Part shown: one piece after another, positions 1 through 22,250 of the stretch
How the letters are laid out: each line of letters starts with the position of its first letter
How positions within the stretch are numbered: position 1 is the stretch's first letter
Source of the DNA: the human T2T-CHM13v2.0 reference genome, Homo sapiens
Strand: one strand, 5' to 3'
Assembly (NCBI RefSeq): GCF_009914755.1
Contig: NC_060940.1
DNA length: 64,000 nt
Notes under the pieces: model-generated
Told to the model about the DNA's origin: nothing
Database searches by the model: none
What the model saw: the letters and a program-made list of their open reading frames with translations, nothing else
Made by a program: the position numbers and the translations under genes

Positions 1-139
1 ACGGGACTGATGTCAGGGCCGGTATGTGACAGTGTGTGTGGGTGGTGCCACCTCCTGTCCCCCTACCTAGAGCAGAGGTTCCTCCCCAGCTCCTGGGACG
101 ATTCACCTCCTCTTGTTACTGCAAAATTAGCCAGGAAAT

Positions 140-1240
<1,101 letters not shown>

Positions 1241-1396
1241 ATTTTAAGCGCCTCTCTCCACCACATCTAACTCCTGTCAAAGGCATGTGCCCCTTCCGGG
1301 CGCTCTGCTGTGCTGCCAACCAACTGGCATGTGGACTCTGCAGGGTCCCTAACTGCCAAGCCCCACAGTGTGCCCTGAGGCTGCCCCTTCCTTCTA

Positions 1397-1797
1397 GCGG
1401 CTGCCCCCACTCGGCTTTGCTTTCCCTAGTTTCAGTTACTTGCGTTCAGCCAAGGTCTGAAACTAGGTGCGCACAGAGCGGTAAGACTGCGAGAGAAAGA
1501 GACCAGCTTTACAGGGGGTTTATCACAGTGCACCCTGACAGTCGTCAGCCTCACAGGGGGTTTATCACATTGCACCCTGACAGTCGTCAGCCTCACAGGG
1601 GGTTTATCACAGTGCACCCTTACAATCATTCCATTTGATTCACAATTTTTTTAGTCTCTACTGTGCCTAACTTGTAAGTTAAATTTGATCAGAGGTGTGT
1701 TCCCAGAGGGGAAAACAGTATATACAGGGTTCAGTACTATCGCATTTCAGGCCTCCACCTGGGTCTTGGAATGTGTCCCCCGAGGGGTGATGACTAC
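1397..1797 (+). mobile_element. MER44A-like (Tigger-family) DNA transposon fossil with an internal 42-bp tandem expansion
   Basis: Matches recalled consensus segments TTTCAGTTAC..., CTGTGCCTAA...AAATT, GGGTTCAGTACTATC and GGGTCTTGGAA...CCCCCG. Confidence 0.7.
1511..1620. repeat. 42-bp tandem repeat, 2.6 copies
   Basis: Unit ACAGGGGGTTTATCACAGTGCACCCTGACAGTCGTCAGCCTC. Confidence 0.9.
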
Positions 1798-2865
1798 CTC
1801 AGTTGGATCTCCACAGGTCACAGTGACACAAGATAACCAAGACACCTCCCAAGGCTACCACAATGGGCCGCCCTCCACGTGCACATGGCCGGAGGAACTG
1901 CCATGTCGGAGGTGCAAGCACACCTGCGCATCAGAGTCCTTGGTGTGGAGGGAGGGACCAGCGCAGCTTCCAGCCATCCACCTGATGAACAGAACCTAGG
2001 GAAAGCCCCAGTTCTACTTACACCAGGAAAGGCCCTTTGACAAGATGGGAGGGGGGCAGGCAGCCCAGCACCTTGGACTCTGGTGACATGGGATGCCTGG
2101 GGAGATGAGCGAGCACTGCGAGCTGGGGACAGCCTGTGGCGGTGCTGGGCAGGGCCTCGCTGCACGGGGCCATTTCCCCTGGGGCTGTGGCCTCCATGCC
2201 CTCTGGAGGGTATCGCATGGGGCCAGAACACACAAGCAGGGCCTTTCATACGAACAGTGCTGGTGACCGTGCTCAGCTGCTCGGGAGGCAGGTGCAGGAC
2301 CCCATGCCACAATGGAAAACACGGTTCACGATGTCAGGCCCCTGCCAGGGCCGATGTCCACGAGTCCCTCTGACCCACCCACTGTGGCCTGGTCGCTCAC
2401 TGCAGGCCACAGACAGTCACGGCCAGGTGACGGCAGCCTCAGGCTGACAGCAACCATGGGGCCGCTCTTGGGAAATGGGTTCTCTGGAAACACCGACCAC
2501 CGGTGGCTGGGCTTTGTAAGTTTGGTTCACTCCTCGTCTCCTCTCTGTACCTGACATAGAGCAGATAAAATGATACCAGCCTGCAGCTTCAGGCTCTTTG
2601 CTTTAAGCATCATGCAGTATTTATAAATGACACCATTATTCCTTTGATACTTAAAGCCACAGCTGCTCAGCAGCTACTGATATTATCACTGTAACAACCA
2701 CTGCAGCCAACCTCAGATCTCAGGTTAAGTACTAAAGTCTCCCTATTACTATGAAGGAACACTGAACTTTGGTAACTTTCTATAAACATCTATTTGGCCA
2801 AATAAAAACATTTCAAATGGAAGAGAGAAGGCCACTGCCGCACAGAAGTTTAAGAAGTCTACGTC

Positions 2866-2960
2866 CACGGCACACGGGTGCATCTGTAGCCCACGGCACT
2901 TGGTGCGTCTGTAGCCCACAGCACACGGCGCGTCTGTAGCCCACGGCACATGGGTGTCTG
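2866..2960. repeat. 25-bp tandem repeat, 3+ copies
   Basis: TCTGTAGCCCAC(G/A)GCAC at 2883, 2908 and 2933. Confidence 0.85.
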
Positions 2961-3690
2961 TCTTGGCACGCACTGGAAGCACGTGCCCTGCCCTCATGCT
3001 GCCATGGGGCTCACACCTGTCCCGTCACTTGGGAGCCACATACAGCAGAACGAAGCCTTCTGTGTTCATGTGTCCAATTCCAAATCCTTCTCCCACTCTG
3101 ACTTCCCAGGTGTGCCTTTCACATTTTTGGAAAACCTGTTTGTCTTTAAAATGAGAAGCAGGAGAAACGCAGGTTTCCCATTTTCCACAAGCTCCAGCAC
3201 ACAGCAAGTTCCACTGCACACAAGCACCAAGGTCAGGCAGCAAAGGGGAGAGAAGCGGGAGAAGGCGGCTGGGAGAAAAGAAAAGGAAGAAGGGCAGCCT
3301 GTTTACTATTGATCTTCGTAACAATCCCAGACAACTGCCCTGGCTCTCAGGATCTGCCCTCAGCACTCAGATGGCTCCTGTACCTGAAGACACAGGCGGC
3401 CGGGCTTGGCCTTCACTACCAGCAGATGCGACCAAGAACGTTCTGGTCAAAGACACGTCCAAGGGGAGGTCACATGGGAGTTCCAGGATCCCCCCATATA
3501 GCTGGGATCCAGTGGCGGGAGGGGCATGTGCTCGCGTGCCTGCCTGTGCGTGCGCCTATGGATGCGTGCTTTGTGTGTGCATGCCCACGTATCCATCTGT
3601 GTGCGCGCCCGCATGCCCATGTGTGCACCTGTATGCCCGCCCTTCACGAGCACCTCCACCTACACCTGCACTTCTCAGACAGTGGAGATG

Positions 3691-3895
3691 CTGACCCCTG
3701 GCTGTGTGCGGTGAGAATGCGGCTGGGGCCTTGGTGAGAGCGGCTCTGACCCCTGGCTGTGCAGAGAGAATGCAGCCGGGGCCTTGGTGAGAGTGGCTCT
3801 GACCCCTGGCTGTGTGTGGAGAGAATGCGGCCGGGGCCTTGGTGAGAGCGGCTCTGGCTGTGCGGAGAGAATGCGGCCGGAGACTTGGTGAGAGC
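3691..3895. repeat. About 54-bp tandem repeat, 3.6 copies
   Basis: Unit CTGACCCCTGGCTGTG...GAGAATGCGGCCGGGGCCTTGGTGAGAG. Confidence 0.88.
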
Positions 3896-4068
3896 TGTGC
3901 CCAGCCCCCCACGCTGATGACCTCAAACAGGAAAACGTGCACAGCTCTTCTGGAACAGGTGCCAGGACTCAGGCAGAGTCCGGGGACACAGAGGCTGGGA
4001 GACCCTGTAGAGCCAGGTAGTGACAGACTCCTCGCAACTCTTCTGTGTGTTCAAAGGCTTTCTTTAGG

Positions 4069-4212
4069 GTCCGGTGTGGTGGCGCACACCTAGAATCCCA
4101 GCGACTTGGGAGGGTAAGGCAGGAGACTCGCTGGAGCCCGGGAGTCTGCAGTAAGATATGATCACGCCACTGTGTTCCAGCCTGTGCTCCAGACTCTGTC
4201 TCAAAAACAAAA
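4069..4212 (+). mobile_element. Alu monomer (FLAM/FAM-like)
   Basis: Single diverged Alu arm with an A tail. Confidence 0.7.
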
Positions 4213-5019
4213 ATGTCGTGGAGAGGAGGCATGAGAAGACACGGTGACTTAGGGAAAAACGTGCCCATCACAGAAGGGAAAGTCCAGTGGAGCGGTGAGG
4301 AGGCGCTGATGGCAGAATCAATGCCCAGGAGCTGTGTCATAAACAAACACCTGTGGGGTTTGACAGCTACAAGGACCCTATTAGCTTCAAGGCAACAGGA
4401 AATGAGAAGCCATGAGGCGGCCAGTGCACTCTAGGCTGGCCTAGGAGGCCCAAATGTCAGGGCCACACAGAAGGTCTCCCCTGCCCAGGTGTTCATGGAT
4501 GGTGGAGAAAGGTGCTCCTCCTGCCCCAGGAAGGCACCTCTCTGGGACTCCCGCGGCTGCTCCCACATCCAGCATGGCCACGGCACCGGCTCTCTGGTCA
4601 CTGTGGTACTTTCATCTTCCGTCTTTTCACATTTAACCATTCTATATTCTTCTACTTGTGTAAGCAGCCTGCCTTTTAAAAAGGTAGCATAACAATTTTT
4701 CCTTTTAATGAGGCTGTCTGGTCCGGTTACATTTAGTGTGATGTGGAGGGAGCTGGGCCACCGTCGGATCGGGTTGGTTTATCACATCTGCTCTACTTCC
4801 TTTTGCTCTTTCTTGCCTTCTTTGGGGTATTTTTTGCTTTCCATTTCCTCCCTCTGAAAAAGTAAATGTTGTACAGTTCTTTCATTGGTTCCTGTGCCTG
4901 GACATGTCTCAATCCCACACATCACACCTGCCTCTTCCCAGGCCGCATGAGAACCTCAGAACCGACAGCCCCCCACACACTCACAAGCAACGCATTTCCT
5001 GCACTGACATTTTCTTTTT

Positions 5020-5910
<891 letters not shown>

Positions 5911-6086
5911 ACAAAAAATGTTTCATGCCAAAAGACCACCTGGTGTGACGGATGCCACCCAGAACATGGGAAGAGGAGGCTGGAGGTAGATCTGGCCCTG
6001 GGAATCACCCGAAACCACTGCTACAGGCCCTCCTGCCTCCTGCTACCCACGCTCTGGGATGCTCTGGGCCCGCTGCTCTCTGTGCC

Positions 6087-6187
6087 TTCCATACCCAGGC
6101 AGGAGCCGCCACCCTCCCTGGTAGTAAGGCACCACATTTCCATACCCAGGCAGGAGCCGCCACCCTCCCTGGTAGTAAGGCACCACA
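6087..6187. repeat. 51-bp tandem duplication
   Basis: TTCCATACCCAGGCAGGAGCCGCCACCCTCCCTGGTAGTAAGGCACCACA twice. Confidence 0.9.
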
Positions 6188-6424
6188 TGGCACCTGCTGG
6201 TGACAACCACTATGGGGAAACAGCAAACAGCAGCCCCAGGAGAGCTCTGCATAGCACGTGCCCCACCCCGCCAAGACTTCTGTGTTGTTAAAAGTAAGTT
6301 CTGATGGTTTTGCTTAAGCAGCACAGGTCAGTACACCACGTAAAATAATTATAGCCATTTTGAAAGGCAAATCGCCTTTTTCTCCAACCACAGAGCTCCT
6401 CAACTCACGACAAGGCTGTGTCCT

Positions 6425-6702
6425 GATAAACCTCTCATAGCTGGGAATACGAGGTAGAAGGTGGATTCCAACCCACGAAGGGTTAAACCCTCTCACAGCT
6501 GGGAATATGAGGTAGGTGGATTCCAACCCACGAAGGGTTAAACCCTCTCATAGCTGGGAATATGAGGTAGAAGGCGGATGCCAACCCACGAAGGGTTAAA
6601 CCCTCTCATAGCTGGGAATATGAGGTAGAAGGTGGATTCCAACCCACGAAGGGTTAAACCCTCTCATAGCTGGGAATATGAGGTGGAAAGTGGATTCCAA
6701 CC
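6425..6702. repeat. About 59-bp minisatellite, 4.7 copies
   Basis: Unit CTCTCATAGCTGGGAATATGAGGTAGAAGGTGGATTCCAACCCACGAAGGGTTAAACC. Confidence 0.93.
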
Positions 6703-7881
6703 TCAAAGTGTTATCCAGACACAGCCTTGCCCTTCGTTGACGGGCACCCTGAATGCTTCAGGCTGGTTGTAAAGTTGAAAAGGCCTAAGTGGAGCCATCC
6801 TAAGTTAGAGACCAGCTGTATTCTGAAAGACAGAGGCTGGAATTAGTAAAATGGCTGGAAACACACATCTGTGAGCCCTGGATGATAAGCCAGGAATGAG
6901 CCAATGAAAGCCCAATTCCAAGTGAGCTGGACATGAAGACGGAGGTGGCCGCACAGACCCAAAGATGCACGACCTTCTGAGAAGCACAGAGAGCCCCGTC
7001 TTGTGGCCAGGGAAACCCAGGCAGCGCATGCCGCAGGCGTGAGGCTGGGTGCTTCTCCCAGGCCTGGCTCAGGGCAGGGTGGCTGCAAACAGTGGTGCAC
7101 ACCCCAGGCTCCAGGAGGAGGTGACCGAGGGGCAGCTGGGGAACATGGCGCACACCCCAGGCTCCAGGGATGGCCCTGCTGGTAGTGCGGTCTAACGGGA
7201 GGCAATAACTCATGACTGAGTATGTCTCCCCTCAACCCATCACCCTGTACCTGCCCGCAGTGGAGTGTGCACCTGTGCTCAGGTATGGGGACAGATGTGC
7301 TCCTACGGCTGTGTTTCCTCTGCACAGGTGTGGGAGGCCTGTGCAGGAGCTGAGTTAGCATGGCAGGTGCTGGTGCTGACCTGTGCCTCACCTGGGCACA
7401 GAGGCAGAATCCCCTGGGCTGCACATCCTCCTCTCCAAAGCAAGTGGGACCTGGCTGTCCGCGAGGCAAAGAGTCCATGCAGACTCGGGTGTGCGTCTGC
7501 CCCTCAATACCCCATCCATGTGTCTCCAGCCACCTGAGTCCCACAGAGCCACTGAGGATGGTGGGTGAATCCTACACACAGAATCGCTGGCTCCCGGGGA
7601 CCCTCTTCATTTTCTGGAGCTGTGGGCGGTGGACGGATGAGTGCATCCTTTAGAGCCCAGACACTGGCAGACACAAAAGCCTGGCAAGAAGCAACACAGG
7701 CAGAAAAGGCCTCTGAGGATGGCGGGCAGTGGCCTGGGGGAAGAGGTGAGCCATGGCCTGCAGCTGCGTCCCAGCTCTGGTCTGCAGTCATGTCCAGGGA
7801 AGGGGCTCTGGCACCAGATGGCAGGGAGCGGTCACCTGGCAGAGGCCATGGATGCCAATGCCACTTGCTTCCCAAAACTGA

Positions 7882-8727
<846 letters not shown>

Positions 8728-9931
8728 CTAGGAGCATAAGCACAGGTCTTCACCACTGTGGGTGCAAAGGGAAAAGGTGTCAACTGCGACAGGGGATGGA
8801 ATACGGCACAGAATGAGCAACCCACCCTGGAGACACCAGCCTGTGGGAGCCCCAAAGCCCACAGGAGAGCCCCATAGTCCATGGGGAGACCTGTCCATGG
8901 GAAGCCCCGTAGCCCACAGGAAACCCTGCAGACCATGGGGAGCCCAGTGCAGGAGAGCCCTGCAGCCCACAAGAGTCACATCTGAAATACCCGGGACCGT
9001 CCGCACTGACCAGCAGCCTCCATGAGGGGCAGATCTGGGGCCAAGTGTCAGTGAGCCGCCTTACGGGTCTTTACGGGTCTTCCGGGCCACATTACGGGTC
9101 GGCACTGGGCACGAGGCCACCTGCTCAAGGACGCCGATGCCATGGCATGGGGGCTACATTTGCTCTACAGGTCTCCTGCCGGATCCTTTCTGAGCCCTCC
9201 TGGGAGGAGGCTGGGGGCCGGAATGCGGGTGCATAGAAACGGCTGGAAGCAGCGCAGGGCAGAAGCGATATGGAAAGGCGGGTCAGGCACAGGCCTCACA
9301 GGCCCGCGGTCCTCCGGGGAGGTTTGCAAGGATCACATGGCCAAGGGCACCATGAGCAGCTTCCCAACCAACCCGCCCAGTGTCCCGCAGAGTTTGTGGA
9401 GATAAACAGAAGCTTGACAAACACAACTGAGCAGAAAACGCCCGCAGGTGGTCAGTAGGCGCTTCCAGTGTTATCACAAGACCACACGCCGCACGTCAGC
9501 ACATGACACAGACACACTTACTTGATCCCTGTTTTGACAAGCTAAGTCGTACTTTATACCAGGAGGAGGAGGGGCACCCCAGGTGAGCGGTCCAATCCTC
9601 AGACACGGCCAGTGCCATCAGCGACCTGCATCCCGACCCCCCGGAACAGCACAGCCAGCAGACAGAACCCGCCCTGCAGAGGCAGCTTCCGGCAGCCGCA
9701 GGCCCTTCCCAGGCCCAGCCCCCGAGTCCCGCGCAGGGAAAGGCTCTGCCCAAGCCTTCAGGGAGGCAGCAGCGCCCGGTGCACAGTTCCTAAGGGCGCA
9801 GAACTCCGGGATGAACAAAGGCAAGGAAACGGCTGTGTAAAAATCAGCTCTACTGACGCACGGCTGGGTGCTCAGCGGACCCGCACAGAACCACAGTCCT
9901 ACCTGGCACGTTCTGACGCGCACCAGATCAC

Positions 9932-10058
9932 AGCCTCAGCCCCGCGGGCGCGCCCCAGGAAACCATGGCCTCAGCCCCGCGGGCGGCCCCGCACCCCAGG
10001 AAACCATCGCCTCAGCCCCGCGGGCGGCCCCGCACCCCAGGAAACCATCGCCTCAGCC
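9932..10058. repeat. About 41-bp GC-rich tandem repeat, 3 copies
   Basis: Unit GCCTCAGCCCCGCGGGCGGCCCCGCACCCCAGGAAACCATC. Confidence 0.88.
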
Positions 10059-10944
10059 CACATATTCAACCCGGAAGCCTGGGGAGGCTTCCCTTGGGGA
10101 AATCCACCTGTCGCTCGAGGTCAGTCGGCCTTTTCTAGAATTCTGTATAAACGCAGTCTCATGGGGAGCTAGTGCCCCCCGCTGCTCCGGCGCCCCCTCC
10201 GCTCTGGCTTTCTTCACTGGCACAGGATCCTGAGATGCACCCCTGCCTCCATGGTTATCAGCGACTCATCCCTTTTATGCCGTGGCATGCCAGGATGCAC
10301 CACGGTGTTTTTCTCCAACTGCTTGGCAGTGCCACTGGAGTTGGGGCAGCGCTTCCCAGCGGGCAGAGTTGACCCCGAGGCCAACAGCCAGGCCACAGCC
10401 AGCGCCCTCCCCACGTCTCGCCTCCCCCAGTCCAGACACAAACCTGGTCAAGGGCGCCCAGACCAGGGCTCAACCCACTGCCCGCAGGGGCCGACTGCCA
10501 AGGAGCGGTCACCGCCCCAGAGTGATGGCTGCCACAGCGTCGTGTGTACAACTTATGGTCTGTCCCACGTGGCTGCAGGCTCCAGCCCTGAGAAGAAGAG
10601 AGGAGAGCCATTCCCCAACACGGCACCTTGCTCTGTGTTAGCTCCATCTTCTCTCATGACGGGGCCTTCGGAAACACCAAGAAACGACCAAAGCAGACAG
10701 GCACTGGGAGAAGCAGGACAAGCATTTCCTCACCTCACATGAACTTCCATATGAATGTGACAAAGGCACAGCACACAAAATGCAGATGCTGACCACAGAG
10801 AGGGCCCCACTCACTCACGCTGGCCACGAAAAGGCCCGCCCTGGTTCACACCGGCATGGAGAGGTCTCGCTTCTGTTTTAGCAATACTGACAACTGGCCC
10901 CCATTCATGCAGATGCTGTCACTTATATACTATATATATAACAA

Positions 10945-12190
<1,246 letters not shown>

Positions 12191-12838
12191 TCACACTGAA
12201 TGAGCAGGTGATTTCTCGGTCACTCAGGGTGGCAGACACAAAAGGGCAAGAGAATGAGTCACCAGGCACCAGGCAGGAGCTTCCGGCTCAGCCCTGCGGC
12301 CTGTGCCTAGGAGGCCTCGCTGTGGTTCCACGCTGCGGCCAGCCTTTTCTTTGTTTTATAACACCGCTGGTGCCCCCACCCACTCACTGTGAACCGCACA
12401 ACACACCAAAGGCCCTTTATGATCAAAATCAAACAGTGACGATAGGGAGGGTGTGTGTTTCTGCAGACTGTCCACAGGCGCAGCACAGGCGGGGCAGCCC
12501 TGGCAGCCACCCACACCTGCCATCCCGGGAGTCCAACAGCTCAAACTGTGGCCAAATGCCCCTCACCAGCACTTACTGGCTACTGACCACAGGCAGTCTG
12601 CCAATTCCTAGCTTACAAAGCGGAAATGACAGTGGCCACTTCTTTATAAAGTTTCTGAGCATTTCAGCAAACAGTGCTTGGGTGAGGCCAGGCACATGAT
12701 GCAGAAAGCCCTCACTACAGCCTAGCAACCAAAGTGTCCTGCACATTAGTTAGGGGACTGGGTGGGAAAGGCTGCAGGTCACAGTTAAACCCACAATTCC
12801 AACTAACTGTCTGTGAGACTCTAAACAAATGCTTCACC

Positions 12839-15252
<2,414 letters not shown>

Positions 15253-17168
15253 TAGAACTCTGACAACAATCTGTCTTTGCATTGACTGAAAACTATGCAA
15301 TAATGTACATGAAGAACACTTTGAAAATTATAATGCACCAAAGAACTCACTAATGAGACTCACTAGTTAGTGCTCAGCACAATCAGTTATGAAACTGACG
15401 ACCTCTTTCCTCTGCTCAGCGTGAACACCGTGCATTGAATTCAGTTTTGTGCTGCTCACTGCCACATTTCTTCAATGTCACAAAAGTCTCTTCAGAGCCT
15501 GGAACTGCACAAATGGCTTCACATCACATTTTTAGGTTCACAAGGATCTGATGAGAAACACTTTATGTAATGAAGAGTGGTAACATTTAAAAAGTAGAAC
15601 AAAAAAATGTTTTATGCTTTCCTCCCCAGGAGACACTAGCACCCTCACTCCAGCCTTCACCCCTGGAGCAGAAGCCCCCAGGAATTTACTGGTTCCAAAG
15701 AACAGCCAATGACCTTTCACAAGCTCAGATTATCTATGCTGCAACAAACATTTGGAAGTGGCAATTCCCAGCAAATTGCAGGCAATTTAGAGTCATTTGC
15801 CAAGATGCAATCTGCCCTATTGCTCCAGGGTCTTTACAAAGGCCAGCCAGACTGCAGCCCTTGCAGACTGCAGGGTGGCAAGTCTCACGCCAGCCTCAGA
15901 GCCTCCTCAGCAGAAGTCTGAATACATCACTTACCCAGAACCAGGTTGCCGGCTTACAGTCATGGTCCCTGAATCCTGCATAAAACTCACCTGAAGGAGA
16001 CCAGCTCTCAGTGCTGAAGCTACAAGACGAAAATAACAACTTCTGAAAGCCACGTCTTATTAAAAATTAAAACACTGGACACTTATCAATCTAGTTAAGG
16101 TAAAAATTCTGTACATGAAAAAAAAAATTCTGTACATGAAGCACTCTGGTTTGTTCCCTTGAAGTAATTTAGAAACTGCAAGTTCCAAGCTGGGTCTACC
16201 CTCTTTATGACATTCTCAGGGATCCTGGAGCCCTTCCCTGGGCTGACAGCTCATGGACGTCCCTAACACTCCAAAGCAGCTGTGTCCAGTTTCCTTGACT
16301 CTGAGTGTGCAGCAGGAAGAAGCCTCTGTCTGGAAAGAAACACTCTGAGGCAGAAATAGAAAATCTTTATTTTTATGAGATATTTAATTTTTTTCTGCTT
16401 CTTTTAAAAGGAGTTTCACTTTACCCAAATGAAAGAAACGCAACCAACTCATGAGAATCTATCAAACACTCCTATCAGCGTATAGAATGCACAGCAGTAA
16501 GCGGACGCATAACAAAGCCAAAACAAAAACTGCCTGGACTGCTTTTATTTGCAAACTTTTTTGTTCACCATGGAAATGCTTTATCTTTGTGGTATCTCCA
16601 ACATAACTCCACACTGCACCACGAAGCTATAAATTCCAAAGCTAATGGAATTTCCAAGCAAAGGTGCAAGCCTGACACTGCATGAGGGGCCCTCACGCCA
16701 GTGCCTCTACTTACGTCACCCTCAGATCTCCACACAGGCGCACCTCGGCCACTAGTCTGACCCCCAGCCTCGCTGAGCCCCTGCTCAAAAGCGCTGTTTC
16801 CAGGCCTGTGGGTTCCAGAGACCACGGTGACTAAGGGCCCGACCCTGACTACAGCAGATGGGAAGTTACTTAATCTCCCAGGGCCTCAGTTTCCACATGG
16901 ATGGCATGACACTCCCACACCTCGTTAGGGGCTCGCGGATGGCCTGACGCCTGACACAGGCAGTGCGAGAGTCCACAGGTCGGCAGCCTTCAGCAGCGAC
17001 AATGGTCCCTGACAGTCCTCTGTTCACAGCTCCTGCAGATGGTGGTGGACCAGCAACAACTGAGGGCCCCACGGTCCAAGGACAGTTTAGAGAACTCGCA
17101 GCAGCAACATCACAATCACAAGTAAAGCATATTTAACTTTTAGAAACAGGATATAAAACCTGCAGCCA

Positions 17169-18341
<1,173 letters not shown>

Positions 18342-18639
18342 TTAAACTCCAGAATTAAAGGACAAGTTTCTTCAGCACGATGAAAGAAAAAAGCCCCCAG
18401 CAAAACACAGTATTATGAAATAACACTGTTGATAAAGAAAACATCCAAAAAATGTCTGGAGGGAAGAAAAAAAGCACCATCCACACCGTATGAAGAGAAT
18501 GGAGCCAGGTCTTTCCAGGGCAGCTCAGAAAAACAGAAGGTGATGGTGCAAATTCCTCTAAATTTATGGGGGGGGTGCCACCCAACCTAAATTCTAAACC
18601 CAACTCATCTCTCCTTCAAGTTCTTTTGGCATGAGCGCA

Positions 18640-20580
18640 TAACACCAGTACCACAGCACAACAGTAACACAGCACGAGGTACCACAGCATGCCAATAACA
18701 CAGCACCCAGTACCACAGCACACCCAGTACCATGGCACCCAATACCACAGCACACCAGTAACACAGCACCAGGTACCATAGCATGCCCATAACACAGCAC
18801 CCAGTACCATACCATGCCAATAACACAGCACCCAGTACCACAGCACAGCAATAACACAGCATGCAGTACCATGGCATCCAATAACACAGCACGCAGTACC
18901 ACAGCACCCAGTACCATAGCATGCCCATAACACAGCACCCAGTACCAAGGCACACCACTAACACAGCATCCAGTACCACGGCATGCCAATAACACAGCAC
19001 CCAGTACCACGGCATGCCAATAACACAGCACCCAGTACCATGGCACACCAATAACAGCACCCAGTACCATGGCATGCCAATAACACAGCACCCAGTACCA
19101 TGGCACGCTAATTACACAGCACCCAGTACCACAGCACACCAATAACACAGCACCCAGTACCACAGCATGCCAATAACCCAGCACCCAGTACCATGGCACG
19201 CTAATTACACAGCACCCAGTACCACAACACACCAATAACACAGCACCCAGTACCACAGCATGCCAATAACCCAGCACCCAGTACCATGGCATGCTAATTA
19301 CACAGCACCCAATACCACGGCATGCCAATAATGCAGCACCCAGTACCACGGCAAGCTAATTACACAGCACCCAGTACCACAACACACCAATAACACAGCA
19401 CCCAGTACCACAGCATGCCAATAACACAGCACCCAGTACCATGGCACACTAATTACACAGCACCCAGTACCATGGCACACTGATAACACAGCACCCAGTA
19501 GCACAGCACGCCAATAATGCAGCACCCAGTACCATGGCATGCTAATTACACAGCACCCAATACCACAGCACACCAATAACATAGCACCCAGTACCACAGC
19601 ATGCCAATAACACAGCACCTAGTACCACAACACACTAATATCACAGCACCCAGTGCCACAGCATGCCAATAACACAGCACCCAGCACCATGGCATGCCAA
19701 AAGCAAACCATCCAGTACCATGACACGCTAATTACACAGCACCCAGTACCATGGCACACTAATTACACACCACTCACTAGAGAGAAACACTCTGAGGCAG
19801 AAATAGAAAATCTTTATTTTTATGAGATATTTAATTTTTTTCTGCTTCTTTTAAAAGGAGTTTCACTTTACCCAAATGAACCAAACGCAACCAACTCATG
19901 AGAATCTACAAAACACTCCCATTGGCGTATAGAATGCACAGCAGTAAGTGGACACATAACAAAGCCAAAATAAAAACGGCCTGGACTGCTTTTATTTGTA
20001 AACTTTTTTGTTCACCATGGAAATGCTTTATCTTTGTGGTATCTCCAACATAACTCCACACTGCACCACGAAGCTATAAATTCCAAAGCTAATGGAATTT
20101 CCAAGCAAAGGTGCAAGCCTGACACTGCATGAGGGGCCCTCACGCCAGTGCCTCTACTTACGTCACCCTCAGATCTCCACACAGGCACACCTCGGCCACT
20201 AGTCTGTACCAGGACACACTAATAACACAGCACACAGTACCACAGCATGCCAATAATGCAGCACCCAGTATCATGGCACGCTAATTACACAGCACCCAGT
20301 ACCACGGCACACTAATTACACAGCACCCAGTACCACAGCACACCAATAACATAGCACTCAGTACCACAGCACGCCAATAACACAGCACCCAGTACCACGG
20401 CACACCAATAACATAGCACCCAGTACCACTGCATGCCAATAACACAGCACCCAGTACCATGGCACCCAATAACACAACACCCAGTACCATGGCACCCAAT
20501 AACAGCACCCAGTACCACTGCGCCCAGTTACACAGCATGCCAGTACCACACACACCAGCTCCAAGGCACCCAGTACCACA
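18640..20580. repeat. About 31-bp minisatellite (AATAACACAGCACCCAGTACCACAGCATGCC), interrupted at 19783-20206
   Basis: Roughly 45-50 diverged tandem copies read directly from the sequence. Confidence 0.95.
19783..20206 (+). repeat. 424-bp direct duplicate of 16336-16759
   Basis: Colinear at offset 3447, no indels, about 13 mismatches by eye. Confidence 0.95.
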
Positions 20581-20785
20581 GGATGCCTAAAGAGTAACTG
20601 TTTCAACCAGAGTGGGAATATGGAAGACTTCAGGACACATGTCTTCCAGAGAAAAAATACTTTATCCAAGAGGTTTTACAGTGAGGAGAAGAATATTCAC
20701 AAGCACTCTATTGAGCTGAAGAATATGGGAAGATTTAAGTTGGAAAGTAAAATATTTAATCAAATGAAAAAAACGGCCATTATTA

Positions 20786-22250
<1,465 letters not shown>

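Noticed and set aside
18594-20669. Cys/Trp/Val-rich ORFs (up to 251 aa) and a superficially CRISPR-like periodicity
   Set aside because: These are translations of a 31-bp minisatellite. The units are contiguous with no unique spacers, there are no cas genes, and the context is a human intron.
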